A DNA stretch of 64,000 bases, from NCBI GenBank assembly GCA_030055525.1, contig JASFYJ010000001.1, forward strand, positions 26,616 to 90,615, given 5' to 3'. Both the position numbers and the translations under genes were made by a program. The notes beneath the pieces are model-generated. The model was not told where the DNA came from. It did no database searches and worked only from the letters and a program-made list of their open reading frames with translations. Shown piece after piece: positions 55,712 through 64,000 of the stretch. Position 1 is the first letter of the stretch, and each line of letters opens with the position of its first letter. Source of the DNA: Archaeoglobales archaeon (GTDB lineage Archaea > Halobacteriota > Archaeoglobi > Archaeoglobales > Archaeoglobaceae).

Positions 55712-56977
55712 ATGATTAAAACCAAAGAATTTGAAGAATGTAAGAGAGCTCTAATATCAGCTGTACTCTCAGGCTACAGCTGCTCTTCGAGGTTTGGAGA
55801 ATATCTTTTCTCAGATCCGAAGCTTTTAGTTATTGAAGAGGCTGAACAGTTGGGTTATGAGGAGGATTACTTTAGAGATGTTTACATGCGGAGACTGCAG
55901 GAAGTTTTCAAAAAAGCCGCTGAAAAACTAAAAAGGACTCCTTATACTAGGAGAGTTTCTATACCCATCTGGAGGCCTGAAGACCATTTATCTAAAAATC
56001 CGCCGGCAATTACAGAGATATCTTTTTTATACGACGAAAAGCTGCATTTAACCGCTTATCTAAGATCTCTTGACGTTTTCAACTATTTTGAACACAACTT
56101 CGATTTTTTATCCTTTATTCTCGAGAAAATGAGCTTGGAGACAGAGCTGGAAGCTGGAAGTATAGCTATGCTCGTAGCTGTGCCTCACATATACAGAAGA
56201 GATTTAAAGAGGGCTGAAAAAGAGGCAAAACCTATTGAAGAGTTTTTTGGATACACTGAGTTGGCGACACATATAGTGGATGATTACATTTCAAGTGCCT
56301 GGCATTCGGCTTTGGAAACAATTTACAGAATGGGTAAAAAAAAGAGAACAGAATGGGATATATTTAGCGGTCAGGAAACTTCAAATTTTGTTCATAGGTT
56401 GTTTATAGAAGTCAGAAAACCGGAGGAAAACAGGATCCATGACAAAGCACCGTTTACAGAGAAATATGGTCTTGAGTATGCACACAGCTACGTTATCGGT
56501 GGTGAGGGGATCGACGTTGAACTGGAGCGTAACATACTGAAGGATGGAGAAGAGTATAGCTACGCTGAAAGGGCGAGATATTGTCTAAAGGATGAATTTA
56601 AAGTTGATCAGCTCTTTAAGGCTGTAAAGAAGCTGAAAGAAAATTGCAGAAGAGATTGCTATGTTGCAATTTCAAGACCTTGGGATATCGAAAGCTCTGA
56701 ACCACCCTGCTTGAGAGGATATCATTTTGTTAAAAAAAATGCCAAGATACTTGGCATATTTTACATGCGCTCCAACGACGCTTATGGGGCGATGCATGCA
56801 AATATGTTTGCATTCTCTTTACTAACCAAATACGCCGCTGAAGCCTGCGGGATTAGAGATTATGAGTACAATCATTTTGCAGTGGATGCACACATCTATT
56901 CTGGGTTTATGAAAGCTGTCGAAGACATTCTCTACCCTAAATCACCAAAATTTACAGATTTTATGAAAACTACTTGA
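55712..56977 (+). CDS. tandem thymidylate-synthase-fold protein (N-terminal degenerate half plus C-terminal Cys-bearing half)
   Basis: The C-terminal half has RRDCYVAISRPWD...EPPCLRGYHF...YMRSNDAYGAMHANMFAF...VDAHIY. The N-terminal half has RRVSIPIWRPED...NPPAITEISF...YLRSLDVFNYFEHNFDF...VPHIY, with Ala replacing the nucleophile Cys. Confidence 0.65.
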   Translation: MIKTKEFEECKRALISAVLSGYSCSSRFGEYLFSDPKLLVIEEAEQLGYEEDYFRDVYMRRLQEVFKKAAEKLKRTPYTRRVSIPIWRPEDHLSKNPPAITEISFLYDEKLHLTAYLRSLDVFNYFEHNFDFLSFILEKMSLETELEAGSIAMLVAVPHIYRRDLKRAEKEAKPIEEFFGYTELATHIVDDYISSAWHSALETIYRMGKKKRTEWDIFSGQETSNFVHRLFIEVRKPEENRIHDKAPFTEKYGLEYAHSYVIGGEGIDVELERNILKDGEEYSYAERARYCLKDEFKVDQLFKAVKKLKENCRRDCYVAISRPWDIESSEPPCLRGYHFVKKNAKILGIFYMRSNDAYGAMHANMFAFSLLTKYAAEACGIRDYEYNHFAVDAHIYSGFMKAVEDILYPKSPKFTDFMKTT

Positions 56978-57626
56978 AGTAAGCTTTTATATCTATTTCA
57001 TCTATACATCCTTCGTACGTTATTCTTCCGGATGAAAGGATGTAACATCTCTCTGCAATATCACTTGCAAGCTGCATATTTTGCTCAACCATCAGAATCG
57101 AAACGTCTTTGGATATGGAATTTATAACTTCTGCCAAACTCTCAACTACTATCGGTGCCAAACCCATTGAAGGTTCATCTAGAAGTAAAAGTTCTGGTTT
57201 TAGCAATAAAGCTCTTGCTATCGCAAGCATCTGCTGCTCTCCACCGCTTAGGTTTTTAGCCTTTTCCCTCCTTTTGCTCCTGAGCTGGGGAAAAAGCTCG
57301 TAAGCTAGGTTTGTATCTCTGTTTACAATTGAGAGGTTATCTTCAACACTCAACCTTGAGAAGATCCTTCTTCCCTCCGGGCAGATTGCAATTCCTCTCT
57401 TTATTCTCTCGTAAGGCTTCAGTCTGTTAAGGTTGAATCCTTTAAATTCTATATCTCCCTTGTAGCTCACAAGCCCACAAATGGCTTTTAACAAAGTTGT
57501 CTTCCCAGCCCCGTTTGGTCCGAGAACAGCCACTCTTTCTCCCTTTTCAATTTTCAGCGAAACATTGTGAAGTACTTCCAGCTTGTCGTAGTAAGCATTT
57601 AAGTTACTTACAGAGAGAATTGGCAT
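56970..57626 (-). CDS. livF: branched-chain amino acid ABC transporter ATP-binding protein (LivF-type)
   Basis: GPNGAGKTT, LSGGEQQ and LLLDEPS motifs. I prefer the ATG at 57626. Confidence 0.85.
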   Translation of the reverse strand: MPILSVSNLNAYYDKLEVLHNVSLKIEKGERVAVLGPNGAGKTTLLKAICGLVSYKGDIEFKGFNLNRLKPYERIKRGIAICPEGRRIFSRLSVEDNLSIVNRDTNLAYELFPQLRSKRREKAKNLSGGEQQMLAIARALLLKPELLLLDEPSMGLAPIVVESLAEVINSISKDVSILMVEQNMQLASDIAERCYILSSGRITYEGCIDEIDIKAYFK

Positions 57627-58293
57627 ACTTTCTTCCGAGGTAAGCTTCTCTAACTTCTCTGCTTTCAAATACATCTTCCGGCAAACCATCGAAGATTATC
57701 TTACCCGCGTTTAAAACGAGCACTCTTTCAGCTACACCAAAAAGCTCGGCTAATCTGTGTTCGATTATTATCATTGCCATCTTTCCATCTAAGCTTTGAA
57801 TTGTTTGAGCAAGCTGGGCAGAATCTTGAAAGTCCAATCCAGAGAACGGTTCATCGAGTAGAAGGATCTTTGGATCTAAACATAAAGCCATCGCAATACT
57901 CAATCTCCTCATCTCACCCTGTGAGAGATTCTTAGCAATTTCGTTTCTTTTTGCCCATAGATTCATTTCTTTCAGAATCTCAACATCTCCTCCCGCAGCT
58001 TCGATGTTTTGCGCTACTGTAAGGTTTTCAAAAAGTTTTATTATCTGAAAAGTTCTTACAATCCCGATTTTCGCTATCCAGCTTGGTTTTTTAGCTGTTA
58101 TTCGGACTTCTTTATATATAATTTCACCGCTGTCGGGTTTTAAAAAGCCAGAAATTATATTGAATAGAGTAGTTTTTCCTGCCCCGTTTGGACCTATGAT
58201 ACCAACTTTTTCACCGTTTTTTACATCAAAGCTTATATTTGTGAGTACCTGGAAGTTCCCGAACCTTTTTGAGACCTCTGCAACCTTTAGCAT
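57604..58293 (-). CDS. livG: branched-chain amino acid ABC transporter ATP-binding protein (LivG-type)
   Basis: GPNGAGKTT, LSQGEMRRL and LLLDEPFSGL motifs. Confidence 0.85.
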   Translation of the reverse strand: MLKVAEVSKRFGNFQVLTNISFDVKNGEKVGIIGPNGAGKTTLFNIISGFLKPDSGEIIYKEVRITAKKPSWIAKIGIVRTFQIIKLFENLTVAQNIEAAGGDVEILKEMNLWAKRNEIAKNLSQGEMRRLSIAMALCLDPKILLLDEPFSGLDFQDSAQLAQTIQSLDGKMAMIIIEHRLAELFGVAERVLVLNAGKIIFDGLPEDVFESREVREAYLGRKYANSLCK

Positions 58294-58345
58294 GGTATGT
58301 AGTTGCTCGGCAAAGCTTAAATATTTTGCTGTGACAGTTCAAAAC

Positions 58346-59647
58346 ATGCGGAAAATTGTGTTATTTGCCATCTTATGGCTATCTATAAGCTGTGTGAACG
58401 CTGGAGAGATAGTTGTCGGTGTACTTGGGCCAATGGATGTTCCAGAAGGTTATTCGCAACTTAAAGCTGTACAATTGGCTGCTGAGGAGATAAACGCTGC
58501 TGGTGGTATATTAGGAAATAAAATAAAAGTTGTCTATGGGGATGACAAACTCAAACCTGATGTAGGTGCAAGTGAATTCAGAAGACTTGCCGAAATAGAG
58601 AAAGCTAAAGTTATAATTGGCGGTTTTTCAAGCGGAGTAATGCTAGCTACGATGGAAGTTATGGCCGAAACTAAAACATTATTTTTAGCAGACTCGTCGA
58701 CACCTCAAGCATCGGCGAAAGTTGCTGAGAACTATGAGAAGTACAAGTACTGGTTCAGGTTGCAGAACAATGCAACCACCTTCGCCTACGATACCGAAGA
58801 TATGATAAGATATTTGATCAGCAAGGGTTACGAAGTGAAGAAGGTTTACATCATAAAGGATGAACACATCTGGACGGAAGATGTTACGAAGGCACTATAT
58901 CCAATACTTGAAAAACTCGGAGTGCAGGTTGTAAAGGATGTTAAAATTCCAAGGGGTTACAGCGAATTTGAAAAGCTGATAATCGAAGCTGAAAAGCTTG
59001 ATGCCGACCTTATAATTCCTATTCTGGCTTTAACTGGTACTGATGATGTTCTTGTAAAGCAGTGGGCCACTTTAAAACCAAAAATCCTACTTGCTGGCCA
59101 CACAATCACTGCAATTGATGCAGACTTTTACGAAAGAACAAACGGTGCTGCAAACTATCTGATATTTTCAGCTCACGGAGGTGTTGTTGTCACCTCTCCT
59201 CCAACGCAGATGTGTAAACATTTCATAGAGGCTTATCGTTCTAAATACGGGAAATATCCGGAAGCGCATCAGGCATATGGTGCGTACGATGCACTCTATC
59301 TCTATAAGACTGCTGTAGAGAATGCATTCAAAGCGGGAGAGAAAGATCCATTCGATCCAGAGGTCGTTGTTAAGTATTTGGAAATGTTCAACGAATCGAA
59401 CCCCATCGAACTTACAAGAAAAATAGCCTTTACATCAAATCATGACCTTGCGTGGGGAGATAAGTACGTCAAGAACTGGGTATCTCAGTGGCAGGATGGT
59501 AAACAATATATACTCTACCCAGAAAAAATGGCAACAGCAGAATTAAAGCTTCCACCATGGTTTAAAGAGGAAAAGAAGACACCCGGATTTGAGCTGCTGT
59601 TGGCTATGATTGCAATCGTCGCAGTTGCGTTAAGGTTAAGAGGATGA
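58346..59647 (+). CDS. Liv-type (PBP1) substrate-binding protein with C-terminal PGF-type membrane anchor
   Basis: Signal peptide (MRKIVLFAILWLSISCVNA), a PBP type 1 pattern (VVGVLGPM...), and a C-terminus KKTPGFELLLAMIAIVAVALRLRG. The tracker's upstream extension is antisense to livG. Confidence 0.8.
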   Translation: MRKIVLFAILWLSISCVNAGEIVVGVLGPMDVPEGYSQLKAVQLAAEEINAAGGILGNKIKVVYGDDKLKPDVGASEFRRLAEIEKAKVIIGGFSSGVMLATMEVMAETKTLFLADSSTPQASAKVAENYEKYKYWFRLQNNATTFAYDTEDMIRYLISKGYEVKKVYIIKDEHIWTEDVTKALYPILEKLGVQVVKDVKIPRGYSEFEKLIIEAEKLDADLIIPILALTGTDDVLVKQWATLKPKILLAGHTITAIDADFYERTNGAANYLIFSAHGGVVVTSPPTQMCKHFIEAYRSKYGKYPEAHQAYGAYDALYLYKTAVENAFKAGEKDPFDPEVVVKYLEMFNESNPIELTRKIAFTSNHDLAWGDKYVKNWVSQWQDGKQYILYPEKMATAELKLPPWFKEEKKTPGFELLLAMIAIVAVALRLRG

Positions 59648-60486
59648 GCGCAGTAGCATCTCTTGTAATATACGGAGCTGTAATCGGAGGAATCTGGGCT
59701 TTGGTAGCCGCAGGTTTCTCCCTTATTTTTGGGGTAATGAGGGTTTTGAATTTCGGGCATGGAGCTATATTTATATCAGCAGCCTACGCAACAGTGGCGT
59801 TTGCAGCGTTCGGTATGCACATCGCTTTTGTTGGATCTCTCCTCATAGGATTAGCGGTAGGGCTTATCATCTATTTTCTGATAAAGCCCGTCAGAAAGAA
59901 AGAAATCACGGCAGTAATCGTGACTTTAGCCTTCGCGTTGCTAGTTCAGCATCTTTTACTGCTTATCTTTGGAAATAGAGGCCTTACAGTTCAACCGGTT
60001 GTAGATGGGTTGTTTGAAGTCTTTGGTGCCAAATTTGCAGCTATAAGGGTTGTAACGCTAATTGCGGCTATCTTGGTTTTGTTGGCGCTTGAGACAGTTA
60101 TGCGTACAAGCTTTGGAAAACAGATCACGGCTGTTAGTGAAGATAGCGATGCAGCAATGCTTTTAGGTATAGATGTTGAGAGAGTTTACCTGCTAGTGAT
60201 TCTCATCTCTTCTCTTCTAGCAGCAATCGCAGGCTACTTCTACGTACAGGTTTTCTCGGTAAATCCTGAACTAGGTTTGAAAGTTCTGATTTACGCATTT
60301 GCAATAGTCATCTTGGGCGGTTTGGGGAGTATAAAGGGAAGTGTTATATCTTCATTCATCCTCGGCTATATAATAGCAGCGACGATACTCTTTCTAAGCC
60401 CAAGGTGGAGTGAGCTTGTTATGCTGCTTGCGATAGTCCTAACGCTAATAATCAGACCTTATGGCATATTCGGGGTGAAAGAGTGA
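59644..60486 (+). CDS. livH: branched-chain amino acid ABC transporter permease (LivH-type)
   Basis: About 8 TM segments, NFGHGA motif, and an overlapping stop/start with its neighbours. Confidence 0.8.
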   Translation: MSAVASLVIYGAVIGGIWALVAAGFSLIFGVMRVLNFGHGAIFISAAYATVAFAAFGMHIAFVGSLLIGLAVGLIIYFLIKPVRKKEITAVIVTLAFALLVQHLLLLIFGNRGLTVQPVVDGLFEVFGAKFAAIRVVTLIAAILVLLALETVMRTSFGKQITAVSEDSDAAMLLGIDVERVYLLVILISSLLAAIAGYFYVQVFSVNPELGLKVLIYAFAIVILGGLGSIKGSVISSFILGYIIAATILFLSPRWSELVMLLAIVLTLIIRPYGIFGVKE

Positions 60487-61412
60487 AATTAGCGTTCATA
60501 TACTTCTTGACAGGTTTGTTAGCTTATTTTATATTACCTGAAGCCTACCTTTATACTGTAGGTTTTGCGATGCTCTTTGCTGCACTTTCTGCAAGCTGGG
60601 ATTTGACAGTTGGCTACACTGGACAAGTGAACTTAGGTCACACAACATTCGTAGGTCTTGGAGCTTACATTTTTGCAGTACTTTTAGCTGGAAGATTAGG
60701 ATTCGAGTTTAATATATATGTAGCGTTTTTAGCAGCAATTTTAGTTTCAGCATCTTTAGGAGCTGCCTTTGGGGCTATAGCTTTAAGGCTAAGAGGGTAC
60801 TACTTTGCACTAATAACAGCAATTTTACCGTTAGTTTTTATGCAAACAGTTTTTATTTTCAGTGAAGTTTTTGGGGGAGAAGAGGGTTTCTCCATTGGGC
60901 TGGAAAGAGGTGTGACTCCGGAGTGGAGGTATCTTTTTGCATTGCTGGTCTCTTTTGCAGTACTATCAATTCTGCTTCTGATCGTAAGAAGTAGATTTGG
61001 AGTGAGGTTCATGGCTATCAGAGATAATGAAGAACTTGCTGAAGCCATTGGAATAGACACTACTAAATATAAAGTACTATCTTTTACAATAAGCTCAGCC
61101 ATGGCTGGTTTTGTTGGGGCTGCAATAGTTTTGTATAGAATAACTGTCTCGCCAGATCTTTACAGCGTAGATCTGATGCTTATGATCATCCTAGCTTCGG
61201 TTGTGGGAGGGATAGGTACAATATATGGGCCTTTCTTTTTCGGTCTGCTGGTATATTTGCTCAAGGTTTTCGTCGTGAGAGAATTTCTACTGAGTTTTGG
61301 TTTAAGGATGAGCGATGAAATAATACTTTATGCAATTTTAATAATTGCAGCGATCATGATGCCCAACGGTATAGCGGCGATGTTCAAAAGACATATTAAA
61401 CGTATTGATTAG
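60483..61412 (+). CDS. livM: branched-chain amino acid ABC transporter permease (LivM-type)
   Basis: TGQVNLGH motif and a polytopic membrane profile. Confidence 0.8.
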   Translation: MKLAFIYFLTGLLAYFILPEAYLYTVGFAMLFAALSASWDLTVGYTGQVNLGHTTFVGLGAYIFAVLLAGRLGFEFNIYVAFLAAILVSASLGAAFGAIALRLRGYYFALITAILPLVFMQTVFIFSEVFGGEEGFSIGLERGVTPEWRYLFALLVSFAVLSILLLIVRSRFGVRFMAIRDNEELAEAIGIDTTKYKVLSFTISSAMAGFVGAAIVLYRITVSPDLYSVDLMLMIILASVVGGIGTIYGPFFFGLLVYLLKVFVVREFLLSFGLRMSDEIILYAILIIAAIMMPNGIAAMFKRHIKRID

Positions 61413-61420
61413 TTAAAGGT

Positions 61421-61942
61421 ATGGAAGATTGTCTGAAACTTTTATTTGAGAGGGTGTCGATAAGAAAGTTCAAAAGTTTGGACATCGAAGAAGAAAAGAT
61501 CAGAAAAATCCTTGAAGCAGGTAATGCCGCCCCATCTGCGGGTAATTTGCAGGCAAGAGATTTTATCGTTGTTAGAAGCGAGAAAAATAAGTCTGAGTTG
61601 GCTAAGGCTGCTTTAAACCAGATGTTTATATATGAGGCACCCGTTGTTGTGGTTGTGTGCGCAAACTATTCGAGAAGCATGCGTGTATATGGTAGTAGAG
61701 GGAAGCTTTACGCAGAGCAAGATGCCACAGCTGCTGTAGAAAATATACTACTGGCTGCAACAGCTTTAGGGTTTGGAGCTGTTTGGGTTGGGGCTTTTGA
61801 TGAGAAGAGAGTTTCTGAGATTTTAAAGTTACCGGAGAATGTTAGGCCGATGGCTATAATACCTATAGGCTACCCAGCCGAGAAGCCAGAAAGGAGAAGT
61901 AGGTATCCAATCGACTATCTAACTCATCATGAAAAATGGTGA
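61421..61942 (+). CDS. nitroreductase-family flavoprotein
   Basis: [15 protein letters not shown] and P.GYPA motifs. Length is 173 aa. Confidence 0.8.
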   Translation: MEDCLKLLFERVSIRKFKSLDIEEEKIRKILEAGNAAPSAGNLQARDFIVVRSEKNKSELAKAALNQMFIYEAPVVVVVCANYSRSMRVYGSRGKLYAEQDATAAVENILLAATALGFGAVWVGAFDEKRVSEILKLPENVRPMAIIPIGYPAEKPERRSRYPIDYLTHHEKW

Positions 61943-61979
61943 AAGAAAATTTTAATAGGTTCGTTGATAAAGCTATCTT

Positions 61980-62036
61980 GCCCACCCGCCATGCGTCCCC
62001 TGACCGAATGATGGGGATTCCACAGGGTGGGCTACA
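61980..62036 (+). ncRNA. single-hairpin H/ACA box guide sRNA
   Basis: Lower stem GCCCACCC/GGGUGGGC (8 bp) followed by U-ACA (62034-62036). Upper stem UCCCC/GGGGA is capped by a K-loop (U-GA-CCGAAU-GA-U). Pockets are GCCAUGCG and UUCCACA. The TATA box TTTTAATA (61950-61957) is at about -26, and a T-run follows. Confidence 0.75.
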
Positions 62037-62059
62037 GGTTTTAAAACACCATTTTTAAA

Positions 62060-63853
62060 TTAAAAAATCAGGTAAATTGCAAGATAAAAGAGCATGAAGA
62101 TCAGAATTATCAGTAGTGCTCCGCCAGTACTTATTTTGATTGTATTTTGGTTTTTAAAGTTAATTTTCGTATCTTTTGTGTTTAAAACCTGCATAGAGCC
62201 ATAATTTGCACCAAAAATGTGTTCGGGGTTTGTAAATGTCATCTTAATCTTCTTGGCCATATTACTGAACTTTCTGTCGATAAAACTCGCAAAATTCATT
62301 AGCGACCCCTCGCAGAAGCTAATGAATCTACTTCCTAGAACTCTGCCAAACCAGTCGAGGTCAAGAACGATCTTGTCTTCTCCCTCGAACTTGTTTTTGA
62401 ATAAAATGAACGCAAGTGTTATGAACATGAAGAACTCCAGCGTTTCAACAACCCTCAAAGGTTCGTATGGTTCAAATTCGACCGGATATGGTAGGATACC
62501 ATATAGTATATGGTATCCTGGATAGTTTCCGAAGAATATACAAAGGAAGGCCATTAAAGCCATTCCAACAAGCATATTTTTTGGCGGTTCTTTTGCCGTG
62601 AGTTCAATTTTTCTCTCTTTAAACCAAACATTCCACGGCAGTTTTAATGCTATGCAGGCAAAGGTACCTATCGTAGCGCCCTCAAGTAAAAACCATACTA
62701 TTGGCTGATGAAGTTCGGCAGAAGCATATACAGTCATAGTTTTGCTGACAAAACCGCTGAACAACGGTAAACCAGAAATTGATAGTGCTCCAACCATGTA
62801 TAAATAGAAAGTCATTGGCATATACTTGTAGAGGCCTCCAAGATCTGTTAACTTGCTTCTTCCAGTTATCTCGATTATAGCCCCCATCCCCATGAAAAGC
62901 AGAGCCTTGTAGAGTATATGGCAAAAAGCATGAGCTACAGCTCCATTCAAAGCGAGATAAGTACCCATTCCAACACCGCAAACCATGTAACCAACCTGTG
63001 AAACGATATGGTACGACAGAAGTCTCCTTCCATCGTTCTGGATCATTGCAAATACAACTCCATACATTGCCATTATAGCTCCAAGCCACATCAATACTTC
63101 TGCTCCAGGAAAAGCCCTTGCCAGCGTGTATACTGCACATTTCGTTGTGAAGGCAGTCATGTATACAGCTCCAGTAACTGTAGCCTCAGGATAAGCATCA
63201 GGCAGCCAAGCGTGCAATGGTGGAACAGCTGCGTTCAGCATGAAACCAATGAGCATCAAATAGTAAGGTATGCTATCAAAACCCTTACCGAGGTAACTTA
63301 AAAAGTTTGTAAATTCAGTGGAGCCGGTGTTAATTACATGCATAACTATTCCTGAAAGCAGGCAAGCCCCACCGAATATATGCCAAAGCAGATATCTAAA
63401 CCCGGCATCGTGAGCAGCTTTAGTACGCCTGAACCACACGAGAAAAAGAGAAGAGATAGCCATTGTTTCCCAAAAGATGTACAATGTAAAGAGATCTCCA
63501 GCGAAGGTTGCACCCAGTGTACTTCCAACGTAAAGCATCGCCGCAACATGCTCCCAATCTCTTTCCACATGCAAAGAATAGATATTCATGCATATTGCAG
63601 CTATTACAAAAACGTAAGCAAAAACCATACTTAATGCGTCGATTCTACCGAATACCAGTTCTTTCCCTAGCACAGAAACTTTCCAAGTTACAAAAGGTAA
63701 GCTTCCAAAGTAGCCGAATGATGTCATTAACAATATAAAGAAAGCTAAAACTGGAAGCAGGACGAAGATTGTTTTTTTAGCGGTTTTCCATCTAATTAAG
63801 GGAATCAGAAAAGCTCCAAAAATTATCAAAACTCCAGGATGCAGCCAAATCAT
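62060..63853 (-). CDS. Mrp/NuoL-M-N-family proton-conducting antiporter-like subunit (MrpD/MnhD-like)
   Basis: About 14 TM segments with a typical pattern (WLPDAYPEA...). A GGAGG RBS lies upstream. Confidence 0.75.
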   Translation of the reverse strand: MIWLHPGVLIIFGAFLIPLIRWKTAKKTIFVLLPVLAFFILLMTSFGYFGSLPFVTWKVSVLGKELVFGRIDALSMVFAYVFVIAAICMNIYSLHVERDWEHVAAMLYVGSTLGATFAGDLFTLYIFWETMAISSLFLVWFRRTKAAHDAGFRYLLWHIFGGACLLSGIVMHVINTGSTEFTNFLSYLGKGFDSIPYYLMLIGFMLNAAVPPLHAWLPDAYPEATVTGAVYMTAFTTKCAVYTLARAFPGAEVLMWLGAIMAMYGVVFAMIQNDGRRLLSYHIVSQVGYMVCGVGMGTYLALNGAVAHAFCHILYKALLFMGMGAIIEITGRSKLTDLGGLYKYMPMTFYLYMVGALSISGLPLFSGFVSKTMTVYASAELHQPIVWFLLEGATIGTFACIALKLPWNVWFKERKIELTAKEPPKNMLVGMALMAFLCIFFGNYPGYHILYGILPYPVEFEPYEPLRVVETLEFFMFITLAFILFKNKFEGEDKIVLDLDWFGRVLGSRFISFCEGSLMNFASFIDRKFSNMAKKIKMTFTNPEHIFGANYGSMQVLNTKDTKINFKNQNTIKISTGGALLIILIFMLFYLAIYLIF

Positions 63854-64000
63854 CTATTTTCCCCTCCTTTCGTAGTATTCTGGATCTTTCATCAAAATTT
63901 TATGTCCCAAGCTCTTTGATGCATAGACTAAAAATATACAACCTACAAATCCAAACAAAGCGTGGAATCCCGGAATCGTTTCCCACAAAAAGTGTGGAGC
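63854..64000 (-). CDS. small membrane protein, C-terminal fragment (5' end outside the window)
   Basis: The frame is open to the window edge (...FGFVGCIFLVYASKSLGHKILMKDPEYYERRGK*). The stop abuts the start of the antiporter-like gene. Confidence 0.4.
   Translation of the reverse strand, partial: APHFLWETIPGFHALFGFVGCIFLVYASKSLGHKILMKDPEYYERRGK

Noticed and set aside
58160-58345. A 62-codon N-terminal extension of the Liv binding-protein ORF.
   Set aside because: The extension is antisense to the livG Walker A region. A clean signal peptide starts at the ATG at 58346.

Overview
This is a densely coding archaeal chromosomal window on both strands. I call about 75 CDS, 2 tRNAs and 2 H/ACA guide sRNA loci. 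I found no rRNA, CRISPR array or recognisable mobile element. The gene content points to an Archaeoglobi-like hyperthermophilic euryarchaeon. It includes methenyl-H4MPT cyclohydrolase, tungsten aldehyde:ferredoxin oxidoreductase, phenylacetate-CoA ligase with an ACT protein, acyl-CoA dehydrogenase, a Liv-type ABC transporter, Dph2, Csl4, RpoL, NAC, S17e/S27e/L44e, an archaeal initiator tRNA, and GC-rich RNA genes in an AT-rich background. This taxonomic placement is inference only. Most of the window is housekeeping. The standout is a six-gene minus-strand operon (3892-9804). Every product starts with an archaeal class III (type IV prepilin-like) signal peptide. One product is a 964-aa, heavily sequon-decorated protein whose vWA/MIDAS domain is split by a roughly 300-aa insertion. 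Two of the N-termini look like the bacterial Flp/TadE type, and no pilus ATPase, platform protein or prepilin peptidase lies in the 64 kb. I read this as an uncharacterised TadE/F/G-like minor-pilin and adhesin module. Other notable items:
- Two H/ACA box sRNAs recognised by hand: a double hairpin at 42545-42706 (-) and a single hairpin at 61980-62036 (+).
- A tandem, covalently fused thymidylate-synthase-fold protein with one degenerate active site.
- An AOR-MoaD-radical SAM/SPASM trio.
- A protein-only RNase P (HARP) homologue.
- A frameshifted YkgJ-type gene.
- A DtxR-type regulator operon with an 18-bp palindromic operator.
- A PGF-CTERM-like anchor on the Liv binding protein.
- An rps27e gene missing from the ORF track.
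All functional calls rest on motif recognition by eye. No database search was run.
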